From IMG/VR virus record IMGVR_UViG_2740892229_000011: 64,000 bases of DNA. One strand, written 5' to 3'. Both the position numbers and the translations under genes were made by a program. The notes beneath the pieces were generated by a model that had not been told where the DNA came from, ran no database searches, and saw only the letters and a list, made by a program, of their open reading frames with translations. Shown here piece after piece: positions 8,334-21,602 of this stretch. Position 1 is the first letter of the stretch. Each line of letters opens with the position of its first letter. The DNA is from a virus. Its lineage: Duplodnaviria > Heunggongvirae > Uroviricota > Caudoviricetes.

Positions 8334-10028
8334 ATGGAATCGATAGAATCATTTCTAAAAAATTTTCTAGTTTCAGATCATCGGGTTGCCGTCATAAAAG
8401 GAGATTGGGGCGTTGGTAAAACTCATTATTGGAATAGTTTTTATACTAAGCATTCTGAAGGATTAGATTTTAATGCATATTCGTATGTTTCTTTGTTTGG
8501 GGTTAACTCTATTGGTGATATTAAAAAAGCTCTTTATCATTGTGCCACACCAATTAATGAAAAGAAATATAAAGAACTAATTTTATCTGAAACGGATCGA
8601 ACTATGATTCGTTATAGAAATGGGTTTTTGGGATGGTTGAAATACAACTCCTTGTCAAAATTTTTAATACATTTCGGAAAGAACGATTTTTTTGGGTTCA
8701 AAACAGATAACCTGCTGTCATCTCTTGAGTATAAATTTGTTAATAATTATTTGGTTTGTATTGATGATGTTGAAAGAAAAGGTAATTCGCTAGAAGTTAA
8801 AGAAATTATGGGGGTAATTGATGAATTGGCAAGAAGAAAAGGCTGCAAAGTTGTTCTAATTTTAAATGAAGATAATTTACATGATGAAACTGCAAAAAAA
8901 CAGTTTTTAGAGTACAGAGAAAAAGTAATTGATGTCGAAATAAAATACGATCCTACGCCTGAGAAGAACTTACGTAAAGTTTTTTATGAAACTGATTCTG
9001 ATTTTCTTTTGTTAAAAGTCTTAGCAAATGACTTAGACATTAAAAATATCCGTATATTAAATAAAATAAAAACATCTCTGGTTAATCTTAGGAATGAGCT
9101 AAGCTTGGCAGAGGATAAGGTTAGAGAAAGTTTTATCAATAGATTGGTTCTGTTTTCAGTGGTTTACTATTCTGGTGTTCCAGGTGTTGATTATGCCTTG
9201 TTTAAAGAATCAATTAAAAACATACATGTATTTGATTACATGTTAGATGATAAAAAGGATGATTCTGTATATTCATTTATTAATAGTCTTGATATTATTT
9301 ATGAACGAGCGGAAATTGCTTTCGATGATGACATAGATTTTTATCTCAAGAATGGTTATCTTTCTACTGAAAGCAATATTCGAGGTATAATAGAAGAAAA
9401 AAATAAACAATATAAAGAACACAAGGCTTTATGTGAGGTTAACAATGTTTGGGATATTTTTAGTGACTCATTCAAGGACAATGAATCTGAGTTTATTTCT
9501 AAGATAAAATGTGTAATTAACGACAATCTTTCACACATACCTGTTGCTCACTTCATAGGCTTGATTGATATCTTAAATAGATTGGAGATTGATTGTGATA
9601 GTTATATAGAGGCATATGCAGATGCCTTTGTTAGCCAAGATGATGCTTATACTGCTTTTCGGAATTTGTATGTAGAGATATTTGGTAACGAAAAGTTAGG
9701 TCTGCTAATTCAAAAAAAATTGATGGATAAGAAGCCTGAAGAGACTAATTTAGAGAATGTTTTATACAAAATAATTGAAGGCAAATTTAATCATAGTGAC
9801 ATAGCATATCTTAACAGTTTCTCTGAAGATGATTATTTAAAGTGGATATTATCCCGCAATCAGGATGCTTTGGATTTAGTGAGAAAGGGGTTGCTCAGAT
9901 TCAAAAGTATGCAAGAACTAACAGAAGAACAGCAAAAAATCACGAATAAAGCAATAGGTGCATTAACGAAACTGGCCTCTAGATCAAGTCTTAACAAACT
10001 ACGTGTGAGCAGATTGCTTAATAATTAA
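8334..10028 (+). CDS. KAP-family P-loop NTPase
   Basis: Walker A 'GDWGVGKTHYWN' and Walker B-like 'LVCIDDVER'; about 565 aa; conspicuously AT-rich codon usage compared with neighbours; bounded by hairpins at 8287-8309 and 10038-10091. Confidence 0.6.
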   Translation: MESIESFLKNFLVSDHRVAVIKGDWGVGKTHYWNSFYTKHSEGLDFNAYSYVSLFGVNSIGDIKKALYHCATPINEKKYKELILSETDRTMIRYRNGFLGWLKYNSLSKFLIHFGKNDFFGFKTDNLLSSLEYKFVNNYLVCIDDVERKGNSLEVKEIMGVIDELARRKGCKVVLILNEDNLHDETAKKQFLEYREKVIDVEIKYDPTPEKNLRKVFYETDSDFLLLKVLANDLDIKNIRILNKIKTSLVNLRNELSLAEDKVRESFINRLVLFSVVYYSGVPGVDYALFKESIKNIHVFDYMLDDKKDDSVYSFINSLDIIYERAEIAFDDDIDFYLKNGYLSTESNIRGIIEEKNKQYKEHKALCEVNNVWDIFSDSFKDNESEFISKIKCVINDNLSHIPVAHFIGLIDILNRLEIDCDSYIEAYADAFVSQDDAYTAFRNLYVEIFGNEKLGLLIQKKLMDKKPEETNLENVLYKIIEGKFNHSDIAYLNSFSEDDYLKWILSRNQDALDLVRKGLLRFKSMQELTEEQQKITNKAIGALTKLASRSSLNKLRVSRLLNN

Positions 10029-10197
10029 GTATTCATGACCTGTTTCTGTATATAAATAATAAGTAACTTATTAAATATACGGAAGCAGGTCTTTCAAAAG
10101 ATACCCACCAGAACAACTCCCTTCCGTTTCCACTTCCAAAAACTGCCACCAATCGCTATCATCAGCTCATTGTGATAAGTAAGTAACCACCTACCAG

Positions 10198-10947
10198 GTG
10201 AGCCACATGAGCCAAATCTTTTTCGACACCATCGACAACGACCAGTACGACTTCATGACAGAGTGGAATACCGCTGTTATGGATAAGTGGGTTGCTGAAA
10301 ACATTGGTTTGTCGCGCTGCAAAGACGAGGCTGAACTCTTCGAGACGAAGTGGTTTGATTACCGCGACATGCATCCTCTCATGGCCACCTGCCTTTTTAC
10401 GGAGGCATACAAACGTCAGTACTCAAATATCATGCTGACGCACGGTCGCGAACACTTTGAAACAGCTCCGTTCACCACCGGGTTAAAACGCCTGCCTTAT
10501 CAGGAGTTGTCGACTGCCAATAAAACGTCTCTATGGAAAGCACGCCAGTTTGCTGACCGCTATTGCTGCTCATACGACTACTTTATCTCCACCGTTCTTT
10601 CCGCAGCTGCACGACGGCTGTGGGACAAGCTGCCGCGCCCACAGCATTTATGGCAGCCAGAACTGATTGAGATATTTGAAGAGAAATTAGCCAGACGCGC
10701 AACAACCCGTCTGGATGACTCTCTGGTTAGCTTTAAGCATATGGGAGACATGCAGTTCAACCCGATTCAGGAAAGCTATTTTGAATGGATTCTGGAGCGT
10801 TTGCGCACCATCCCTCGCAGTAAGCGCATACGCGCAATTTTCTCCGCTATCTGGCTAATGGAAATCGTTCCAGAGCGCCTTATTTCCGCCCACTTTCCAG
10901 AAGAACTGGAAGAAGCACGGCGGTTTATTGATCCCCTATCTAATTAA
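10198..10947 (+). CDS. Hypothetical protein
   Basis: 249-aa ORF preceded by the dispersed 'gataagtaagtaacc' motif; no recognisable domain. Confidence 0.45.
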   Translation: MSHMSQIFFDTIDNDQYDFMTEWNTAVMDKWVAENIGLSRCKDEAELFETKWFDYRDMHPLMATCLFTEAYKRQYSNIMLTHGREHFETAPFTTGLKRLPYQELSTANKTSLWKARQFADRYCCSYDYFISTVLSAAARRLWDKLPRPQHLWQPELIEIFEEKLARRATTRLDDSLVSFKHMGDMQFNPIQESYFEWILERLRTIPRSKRIRAIFSAIWLMEIVPERLISAHFPEELEEARRFIDPLSN

Positions 10948-10990
10948 CTAATACTAGAAAACAATTTGTTTAAAAAACAAAGGAAAGCAC

Positions 10991-12331
10991 ATGACCGAAC
11001 TTTGCCATACAGGACGCGGGCTGTCCGAAGAGTTTGATGAAGATTTCCAGAACAGACTGACGGCATATTTTTGTCGTGATCACGAGTTTCTTACTCGTGC
11101 GGGAGATCTGGTTGTGCCTAGCCAATTTGCCAATGCGGCCAATGCCATATTGGTTAATATGGTTTCGGGCTATTACCGTATGTACAAGAGCGCGCCTTCT
11201 TCATCTGCGATTCTGGATATGCTTAAGCGTGCGAAACGCGATAAGACCATCCGTGAGGAACTCTTCCCGGATGTTGTTGCTGCGTTTAAGCGCATCCTTG
11301 CAGAAAAATTGTCTGATACCTCGTACATGGTTGACCAGGTATCCACATTCGCAAAAAGTGTAGCGTTTGATGATGCTCTGATTAAAGCTGCTGAACTGAA
11401 AGAGAAGGGCGACTTTCAGGGGGCGATGGCAATCATGGCCAAGGTTCAGCAGATAGGCTCGAACGAAGCGACCGGAATCTATGACTACTACACCTCCGCA
11501 AGTGAGCGATTGAAAGCGCGTGAATATGAGGCTTCAGAGGAGTATGTGCCAAACAGCATTACAACTGGACTCCCTCTGCTTGATAGATTGCTGTACCAAA
11601 AAGGCTGGGCAAAGCGCGAAATGGTGCTCTTCATGGGTTTTGCTAAATCCGGTAAATCGACCGCAATGGGTGAGTTTTCCATAAACGCAACGCTTGCTGG
11701 CTACAATGTTCTGTATCTCTCGCTGGAGGTTCACACCACCATTTTATCCGACCGTTTTGATGCAAGATTGTCGGAGACAGAAATGTCCAAGCTGGTGGAA
11801 CGGCGCGATGAGGTTCATCGTAAGTTGGCAGAGTTGGGAGCCACGAAGGGGATTGGTAGTTTGTGGGTGGTTGAGCGTCCGTCAGGAAGTATGTCACCGG
11901 CAGATCTGGACCGTATGCTTAACAGCATGAAAGCCAACGGCATGGTGCCTGACATGGTTGTTGTCGACTACGCAGATTTGATGCGTGCCAGTTATGACCT
12001 TCGTGATGATCGCGCCAACATTCGTAGTATCTACACCGATTTACGTGCTCTTTATGACAAGCATAACGTTGCTGGAATAACGGCATCGCAGACAAACCGT
12101 GAAGGTGGCGCGTCAGAAGTTGCCACAATGATGCACGCCGCCGACAACATCGAAAAAGTACGTATTGCTGACCTGGTAATAACGATCAACAAAACCGAAG
12201 AAGAAGAAGCGAAAGGAGAGGCTCGTCTCTACTTTGCTGGTTCGCGTAACCAGCAGGGAGGGATCAGCATTCGCGTTAAACAAAACCTCGAACAAATGCG
12301 CTTCATTGAGCGAATCTTAGACGTTACCTAA
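10991..12331 (+). CDS. DnaB-like replicative helicase
   Basis: RecA-fold C-terminal domain with Walker A 'GFAKSGKST' and 'VVVDYADLM'; 446 aa. Confidence 0.75.
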   Translation: MTELCHTGRGLSEEFDEDFQNRLTAYFCRDHEFLTRAGDLVVPSQFANAANAILVNMVSGYYRMYKSAPSSSAILDMLKRAKRDKTIREELFPDVVAAFKRILAEKLSDTSYMVDQVSTFAKSVAFDDALIKAAELKEKGDFQGAMAIMAKVQQIGSNEATGIYDYYTSASERLKAREYEASEEYVPNSITTGLPLLDRLLYQKGWAKREMVLFMGFAKSGKSTAMGEFSINATLAGYNVLYLSLEVHTTILSDRFDARLSETEMSKLVERRDEVHRKLAELGATKGIGSLWVVERPSGSMSPADLDRMLNSMKANGMVPDMVVVDYADLMRASYDLRDDRANIRSIYTDLRALYDKHNVAGITASQTNREGGASEVATMMHAADNIEKVRIADLVITINKTEEEEAKGEARLYFAGSRNQQGGISIRVKQNLEQMRFIERILDVT

Positions 12332-12412
12332 AAAATAAGCGTGGAGAACACCTCCACGCTTGATTCATTGGTGAAACAACTTTTCTTTTGCCAAACCACA
12401 AAAGAAAAACAC

Positions 12413-13594
12413 ATGAGCCTTTATGTTATATCAACATTTAGGTTGGTAACAATATTGCCTGTTAAAAGTGGAATTATCGTGAGCGAGCTGAAAGAGTTAA
12501 TTACCGAATTAGATTTTGAACAATGGTTGGACACTGAAGGTATCGTTTATCGACGTGGAGGCGTGAGTACTCGCGGTCGTGAAGTGAATATCAAGGAGTG
12601 TCCGGTATGCGGCAGCTCCAACTGGAAGGTATATTTCAATCTGACCAGTGGCGTCGGTAAATGCTTCGCTGGTGATCATCCCGAAGAGATTCAGTTCAAT
12701 AAGCTGGTCTTCCTCAAGCACTACAGCGGCAAATCACGACGACAGTTCGAGGAATATGTGCAGAACGCCCTTCTTTCCCAGGGGTGGGCACCAAAGAAAG
12801 AAGAGCTAGTGCTTGCAAGCACAGTCGAGTTAGAGGGGCCAGTTGCACTCCCTCGTCATTACGAACTTCCTATAGATGGCCGTCTTCCAGACTATCTGGT
12901 TGAACGAAATATATCGCCTGAAATGGCAAAGTATTTTGACCTACGATACTGCGTCGAAGGTAAGCACGCCTATGTAGATCCGTATACAGATCAGGTTAAA
13001 GGACAGATATTCGATATGCGAATACTGATACCGGTTTACGATCTGGATGGGGTAATGAAGACATTTCAGGGACGAGACATTACCGGTACAGCAGAACGCC
13101 GCTACCTCTTTCCTATGCAGCTTCCAGCTTCAGGTAAGTTTCTCTACAACGGCTATAATGCAGTCGGCAAACAGACTGTAGTTGTCTGTGAGGGGGCGTT
13201 CGATGTTATGGGGGTTAAACGAGCTATTTTTGACGAAGAAACATTACGTGATTACGTGGAACCAATAGGAACGTTCGGGATGCATCTATCTGGTAACACC
13301 ACTCAGGATGCAGAAGATCAGTTAGGCGCGTTCCTGACGCTCAAGGCGCGTGGGTTACGTAATGTGATCATGATGTGGGATAGTGAAAAGCAAGCTATAC
13401 GAAACACTATGGCCGCAGCCAGGCGACTGACCAGTATCGGTCTTAATGTGAAAATTGCATGTTTGGGCGAGGAAGGACTCGACCCCGGCGATGCGACCCC
13501 GGGGCAGATTATCAAAGCCTACTATTGCGCAAAACCTTACTCACGACGGCTTGAACTTTTAAGCAAGGTAAAAGGCATAGCAGCATTAGTTTGA
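12413..13594 (+). CDS. DNA primase (zinc-ribbon + TOPRIM)
   Basis: 'CPVCGSSNWKV...GKCF' zinc ribbon and TOPRIM-like 'VVVCEGAFDVMG'; start placed at ATG 12413 after the conserved 'aaaagaaaaacacatg' initiation context. Confidence 0.7.
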   Translation: MSLYVISTFRLVTILPVKSGIIVSELKELITELDFEQWLDTEGIVYRRGGVSTRGREVNIKECPVCGSSNWKVYFNLTSGVGKCFAGDHPEEIQFNKLVFLKHYSGKSRRQFEEYVQNALLSQGWAPKKEELVLASTVELEGPVALPRHYELPIDGRLPDYLVERNISPEMAKYFDLRYCVEGKHAYVDPYTDQVKGQIFDMRILIPVYDLDGVMKTFQGRDITGTAERRYLFPMQLPASGKFLYNGYNAVGKQTVVVCEGAFDVMGVKRAIFDEETLRDYVEPIGTFGMHLSGNTTQDAEDQLGAFLTLKARGLRNVIMMWDSEKQAIRNTMAAARRLTSIGLNVKIACLGEEGLDPGDATPGQIIKAYYCAKPYSRRLELLSKVKGIAALV

Positions 13595-14276
13595 ACCAGT
13601 ATTAGTCACGTACACATTGACCGAAAATGATTTAACTTCTGTGTTGAAGTTGTCAGTCATTACCGCGAGGTAGGCATTCTTGGTATCTCTGAATTGCTTC
13701 AGTATGATTTGAACGTTATCGGTGCAAACAAACGAGGTAGCCAGATTGCCTCCTTTCTCTGAAAAATCCTTCAGGAAGGTGCAGTCAACTTTGCCATCAT
13801 TAGCGGTGAAGGTAGCATCATCACCCTGCCAGGTAAATGTAGCGTTAACGCCCTTATCAATGGATTTAGCAATAAGTCGCTGGGTGGCGGATTTTGTTTT
13901 GGCTTTGGAAGCCGGCGCTCGATATTTGCCGCTTTCTTTCAGTTCTGCAATGTAATCACAGCCATTTTTATCTTCTTTATCACAAGCAGCCTGATAAAGC
14001 TCAGCTGCTTTTTTATAGTCTTTTTTAACCCCTTCACCATACTCATACATAATGCCAAGATTTGTCATGGCATCGGCGTTTCCGAGTTCAGCAGCTTTTT
14101 TATACCACTTAATTGCTTCGGCATCGTTGCGTTTAACACCTAAACCGTCATCGTATAAGGTGCCTAATGCGAACATGCCATCTGAACTACCTTGATCCGC
14201 CGCTTTTTTGTAATAAGTAAAAGCTTTTTTATAACTCTTTTGTACACCTTTACCATATTGGTAATACGCACCAAGA
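13586..14276 (-). pseudogene. Sel1-repeat protein, C-terminal fragment split off by IS insertion
   Basis: Sel1-like repeats ('GLGVKRNDAEAIKWYKKAAELGNADAMTNLGIMYEYGEGV'); the frame continues upstream of the listed ATG to the IS junction at 14276 and is in phase with the N-terminal fragment at 16231-16690. Confidence 0.75.
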
Positions 14277-16690
<2,414 letters not shown>

Positions 16691-16923
16691 ATTTTTTGTT
16701 CTGTTGATATAGGATGAACAGTTTAGACGCGGCAAGTGTCAAGTGTGCGAAAAATGGTACTTAAATTTAGTTAATATGTCAGCTTTGTTGATTTAGTTTA
16801 TGGTCGGTAAAGTTACTAGGAAACTAATAACCATAAGAAATAGTACGTCATTTAATTATTGTGGCACTGCTCGTGTTTTGATTAACTAATACCTGCGATA
16901 AATATAAATAAAGGGAAGCCAAC

Positions 16924-17337
16924 ATGAGCAAAAATAAGCTGATTTTAACAGGAGCTTTATTGTCTTTGTTTGCTTTAGTGGGGTGTAAGCCTACAGACGA
17001 GAAGGCTATTGCTCTGGGCCAACAAGCAATTGCGGATGATATGAAAGATCCCACGTCGGTGATGTTTAGGAAAGATAAGTTTGTCAGGACTGATCATGAC
17101 GATGGGAGTGTGACAGGCTTTGTGTGCGGAGAATTGAACGCCAAAAATGGCTTTGGTGCATACGTGGGCTATCACTCATATGTTGTTGAACTCGAAATGA
17201 AGCCAAAGGGCATGTTTTCGAAAGGGGTGGTATACAAAATCCTATCGAAGTCGTTGGCACCTAATGATCCTCATGACTTACAGCGTTATAAGCAGGTCTA
17301 CAGAAAGATGTGCAACAGTGAGGCTGTAGCTCATTAA
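16924..17337 (+). CDS. Lipoprotein
   Basis: 'MSKNKLILTGALLSLFALVGC' signal peptide with lipobox; 137 aa. Confidence 0.5.
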   Translation: MSKNKLILTGALLSLFALVGCKPTDEKAIALGQQAIADDMKDPTSVMFRKDKFVRTDHDDGSVTGFVCGELNAKNGFGAYVGYHSYVVELEMKPKGMFSKGVVYKILSKSLAPNDPHDLQRYKQVYRKMCNSEAVAH

Positions 17338-17462
17338 TGGTGAATGCCGGGCAGACTATAAGCCCGGCATCTTCGTATAGGGAACTATTGCGCCTAAAAT
17401 GATAAGTAGATACATACTTAGTTTTTTGTAAGAATACTTTCATCTGTTAGCTAGGAGTTGGT

Positions 17463-18239
17463 ATGAAAGACGAAATTCAGAAATTGGCCTGTGACATCAT
17501 TGATAAAACAGGTTTAGAAATCAGCGAGGGCAGTCGACTAGACATCATTGGAAAGGCCGTCAATACAGCAATGAATCATATCGCTGCTCGTATGGACGAG
17601 ATCCCGCTACCAGGGTTGCCTTATCTGAAAGTTGAGTTACACGTATGGGGCGAACCTTCTTGTGCACGGCGTTCTGCATTAGTTGTTTTTATTAGCAAAG
17701 AAAACCCGCTCAGTCTTAAAGTGCAGGTTGGAGCATGGCTTGATGGCAGAGTGATCTACACAAATACCGTTTTTTGTCTTTCAAACGACGAAACTATTGA
17801 AGCGGCCATTCAAGAAGCAGTTCTAGCAATGCGCAGCAGCGGTTTGATGAAGAATAACTACGAAGAGTACTTGCGTTCGATAAGTGGTGAAAAGACATTA
17901 TCTCTGAAAGCAGATTTCGTTACCCCGAAAAATCTGTTGGAAGTTTTGATTAATAAAGGGGCTAATAGTGCCGTAAATGTAATCAGAGAGAGTGAATACG
18001 CGTCTCTTTGGGATATGTGCAAAAGCCAGTTGGATCTTGTGCATATCGTTGTTGATGCGGGGAAGGCTTGTGATGGCGTAATGGCGGAATTTGCTGGGAA
18101 GATGGTCAGGATTGCTAACGAATTACCGATGATTAAGCAAGAGGCTAAATCATACGCCACCAATCATGTCACAGAGCTTCTTGCCCCTTATCGCTTAGAA
18201 AGCGATCAGCGCAAGATGATTAGCTGGGGAAGTTGGTAA
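17463..18239 (+). CDS. Hypothetical protein
   Basis: 258-aa ORF; no recognisable motif. Confidence 0.4.
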   Translation: MKDEIQKLACDIIDKTGLEISEGSRLDIIGKAVNTAMNHIAARMDEIPLPGLPYLKVELHVWGEPSCARRSALVVFISKENPLSLKVQVGAWLDGRVIYTNTVFCLSNDETIEAAIQEAVLAMRSSGLMKNNYEEYLRSISGEKTLSLKADFVTPKNLLEVLINKGANSAVNVIRESEYASLWDMCKSQLDLVHIVVDAGKACDGVMAEFAGKMVRIANELPMIKQEAKSYATNHVTELLAPYRLESDQRKMISWGSW

Positions 18240-18306
18240 GCTCTCTGTGTGTCGTTTTTTACGCAAACAATGATAGGTAAGCACAAGATTATTTCTGGCG
18301 GTAATT

Positions 18307-18777
18307 GTGAAAGCTGATTTATCAAAAATCCCTTCTATTTCAGGAAATAACGGTTATTCACTTCGTTGTGAGGAAGTAAAGATAAACGGTGAGTCGGCAT
18401 ATTGCAGCTATTCCGTTTGCCAGCACACCATTCTTGCCTTCAAAGAAAACCGTCTTCCTCGAACTTCTTTCCAGTCGTGCGCAACCGCTATTAAAGCAGG
18501 CAAATGCAAGGCGTTAAAAATGATGGTTGAAGAGATTCGTAAAGGAGAATCTCTGTATTTCGAAGATATGACCGCACTCATTAAGGAGGTTGAAGAACGG
18601 AATAAACAAGCCAGAACTATAAAACGAAAACGTGACAGTGTAACGATTAATAGCATGGTTAAGAAGAGCGCCACATCACAAACAGCGATCACTGACGTGT
18701 ATGCGGCGTTGCTTGAAGAAACAACAAAAGAAACACATGAGCAAATCGATCAACATATGGAGGCAAAACAACAATGA
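18307..18777 (+). CDS. Hypothetical Cys-containing protein
   Basis: 156-aa ORF with several Cys residues (CxxxxC spacing); start overlaps following gene. Confidence 0.4.
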   Translation: MKADLSKIPSISGNNGYSLRCEEVKINGESAYCSYSVCQHTILAFKENRLPRTSFQSCATAIKAGKCKALKMMVEEIRKGESLYFEDMTALIKEVEERNKQARTIKRKRDSVTINSMVKKSATSQTAITDVYAALLEETTKETHEQIDQHMEAKQQ

Positions 18778-20096
18778 AAAAGTTGATCGCACTTAAGCAT
18801 AAGCTGGACGAAATGAAAGCTATGGGAACCAATGCAAAAAAAGAGGCATTGGCCAACATGGATGACTTCGAGCAAAGCATGGTTTCATTGATGCTCAACC
18901 CTTTCATCCGTTTTGGGGTAAAGAAATACAAAGTGGTAGAGCCGCTTAGTGAGTCCGTCCCAAGTGACGAAAAAGCCATTGATATACTGAATAAGCTGGC
19001 CTCTCGCGAGCTGACGGGGAACGCAGCAATAGCTGCTGTTGAGTCTATCGTGGCGTCAATGTGCGCCGATGGGCAGGACGTCTTCCGTCGTTTCCTCTTA
19101 AAAGATCCGAAAGCTGGCGTTGGGATTAGCCTATGCAACAAGGTTTTTGAAAATCCCATTCCGAAATTCGAGGTGCAGCTGGCGTCACCGTATAAAGAAA
19201 AAGGCGACAAATACCCCTTCAAGCCAAACCCTAAAGCAAAATGGCCGATGATTGGCAGCCTTAAGCTCGATGGTTTGCGAGTAATTTGCGAGGTTATTGT
19301 TGACGAGGAAGAGGTTAACTTCCTTTCTCGTACTGGTAATCCAATCACGTCTCTCGATCACTTAAAGCCAGCCATGCTCGAATTAGGCAAACTTTCAGGC
19401 CACAAACACATCTTCTTCGATGGTGAAGGAACAGCCGGTTCATTTAACCAGTCCGTATCTGCATTGCGCAAAAAGAACGTGCAGGCAATTGGCGCTATTT
19501 ATCATGTTTTCGACTTCTTCCTACCGGAATGGCGAGCACAGGCTAAATCCAAAGAGTATGCAAAGACAGGTATGAAGCTGAAAGAGCGCCTGGCTATGCT
19601 GGTGGCGTTGTTCAAAAACGATCGCAGTGAAGGCTACACACAAGACATTCACCTGCATCCGTTCTACATCATCCATAGCCACGAAGACTTCATCGAACGC
19701 TTCATGAAACGCCTGGACGATAACGAAGAAGGGGAGATGGGCAAAGATCCGAACTCTGTTTACGAGTTTAAACGTACCCGCAGCTGGTGGAAGTTAAAAG
19801 ACGAAGACTCAGAAGATGGTGAAATTATCGACTTTGAGCCGGGCGACCCGGACTCTGGTTTTGCCAACACGCTTGGAAAAATTGTTATTCGCCTTGAAAA
19901 CGGTGTGATTGTTCGTGCGAGCGGCATTAAGCATAAATATCTGGACGAGATCTGGAACAACAAAGAGAAGTACCGTGGTCGTATTGTCGAGGTTCATTGT
20001 CACGAGAAAACGCCGGATGGCAGCTTACGCCACCCACGACTGAAATGGCCGCGTTGCTTACGCGATACCGAAGATCGAATCGGAGATAAAGAATGA
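18774..20096 (+). CDS. ATP-dependent DNA (or RNA) ligase
   Basis: Nucleotidyltransferase motif I 'IGSLKLDGLRV' (KxDG); 440 aa. Confidence 0.65.
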   Translation: MKKLIALKHKLDEMKAMGTNAKKEALANMDDFEQSMVSLMLNPFIRFGVKKYKVVEPLSESVPSDEKAIDILNKLASRELTGNAAIAAVESIVASMCADGQDVFRRFLLKDPKAGVGISLCNKVFENPIPKFEVQLASPYKEKGDKYPFKPNPKAKWPMIGSLKLDGLRVICEVIVDEEEVNFLSRTGNPITSLDHLKPAMLELGKLSGHKHIFFDGEGTAGSFNQSVSALRKKNVQAIGAIYHVFDFFLPEWRAQAKSKEYAKTGMKLKERLAMLVALFKNDRSEGYTQDIHLHPFYIIHSHEDFIERFMKRLDDNEEGEMGKDPNSVYEFKRTRSWWKLKDEDSEDGEIIDFEPGDPDSGFANTLGKIVIRLENGVIVRASGIKHKYLDEIWNNKEKYRGRIVEVHCHEKTPDGSLRHPRLKWPRCLRDTEDRIGDKE

Positions 20097-20308
20097 TCGT
20101 ATTAAGTAAAAGGGAGAAAGAAACGCTTCATGAAATCAGTAAGTGGCCGGAGTTCCCTGAGTACTGGAAGCCTAAAACGCGAGCTAAGTTAGAGCGTTTA
20201 GGGTTGGTTGCAAACGTTTCTGAAACGTGGTGCTCGGCCAACTACCAGTTAACTGATAAAGGGAAAGTATTGCTACAGCAATTAGTAGAATCAGGAGCGT
20301 TAAAATGA
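20093..20308 (+). CDS. Hypothetical small protein
   Basis: 71-aa ORF overlapping ligase stop. Confidence 0.35.
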   Translation: MIVLSKREKETLHEISKWPEFPEYWKPKTRAKLERLGLVANVSETWCSANYQLTDKGKVLLQQLVESGALK

Positions 20309-20453
20309 TTCCATACATCTCATTAGCTTTTATGGGTGGCTTCCTTATTGGCTTCGGCATCTGTCGTGATTTAATTAAGCAGGAACTTAAAACCAAAACA
20401 CTGTGCATCGGAAAGCGTGTGTATCGGGTAGTTCATGAAACAAAGGTTAGAAA

Positions 20454-20744
20454 ATGAGCAATTTAACTTCTTGGGACTGGTGGTTGGCCACCTATTTCTT
20501 AGCGGCCGGAGTCGCATTCGCCTTTTACGTAGGTCAGTTAGTCGTAAAACTGTTGCTGATAAAATTTGCTAGTCATAAACGTATCGATGATGGTCTGTGG
20601 CGTCTTGGCACTCTGGTGGAAACTCGCTACGGGCAACTTAAGGAGAACGAAACCATTACTATCCAAGCGAAACGGTTCACTGCCACCATCACAAGAACAC
20701 CTAGTCGTAGAGTGGCCTTGATCAAAAAAGTCACAACCGAATAA
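20454..20744 (+). CDS. Small membrane protein
   Basis: 96 aa; N-terminal TM 'WWLATYFLAAGVAFAFYVGQLVV'. Confidence 0.4.
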   Translation: MSNLTSWDWWLATYFLAAGVAFAFYVGQLVVKLLLIKFASHKRIDDGLWRLGTLVETRYGQLKENETITIQAKRFTATITRTPSRRVALIKKVTTE

Positions 20745-21522
20745 AAACACAATGATAAGTATTTACTTACTTATCTTTTATGTATAAGATGACTTTGTTT
20801 TCGTTGAGACGCGACTGTTTGAACTTAAATACAAGTGCAAACGAAGAAGTCTATCTGGCAGTAGCCTAATAAGCCAAACACCAGCGAGGTCAGTTTCCAG
20901 CCTCGTTACCGAAATGGGACACACTGAGCGAGTGTGATTGCAGAACGCAGGAGGGAACATTCATGTTCCCTCCGATGAAGTAACAGAATGGGCGGTTGGT
21001 ATATTTTCAACTCCATATGACTCCCGGATTCTTAGCCACTGACCGCCCATCCTGTTACGTCATTTTGTTCAATTATGTCGTTTATACTGGGTTAAAAAGC
21101 GGCGACGTAGCCCGGCTGGTATGGTTAGCCAGCACACAACGTTGAGGCCATTACATTTTTATCAATTCTAAGGTTCTATTCACAGAGATACCGGCGAGCG
21201 TTGATATGTAACATGTTGGGCAAACATTCAATCGGAGTAGTGGCCTCAACGTTGTGAAGACAGGATTGTTGTGTAGGTTTAACCACTGTTGCCATTGGTG
21301 CCTGTTTTCACAACAAATGATTCCATACATCACATTGTATAAATTACAAAGTAGGTGCTGTCCTCAGAAACATCATCTACTTAAAGATTTTGCCTTCTAC
21401 TATTGAGCGAAGTCGAAAGCGTCTGGCACTAACGAAAAGTGCAAGTAGCGGTGCGTTTCCTGGCAGAAACTAAACCGTCGCGATTGGCACTGTTGAGTAA
21501 TAAATACTGGCAGTGCTGAATT

Positions 21523-21597
21523 GATGGTGTAGCTCAGCGGTAGAGCAGTTGGCTGTTAACCAACTGGTCGGTGGTTCGAATCCACCCACCATCGCCA
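21523..21597 (+). tRNA. tRNA-Asn (anticodon GTT)
   Basis: Manual fold: acceptor gatggtg/caccatc, D-arm 'agctcagcggtagagc', anticodon arm gttgg-CTGTTAA-ccaac, T-arm ggtgg-ttcgaat-ccacc, 3' CCA encoded. Confidence 0.7.
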
Positions 21598-21602
21598 ATT
21601 TA

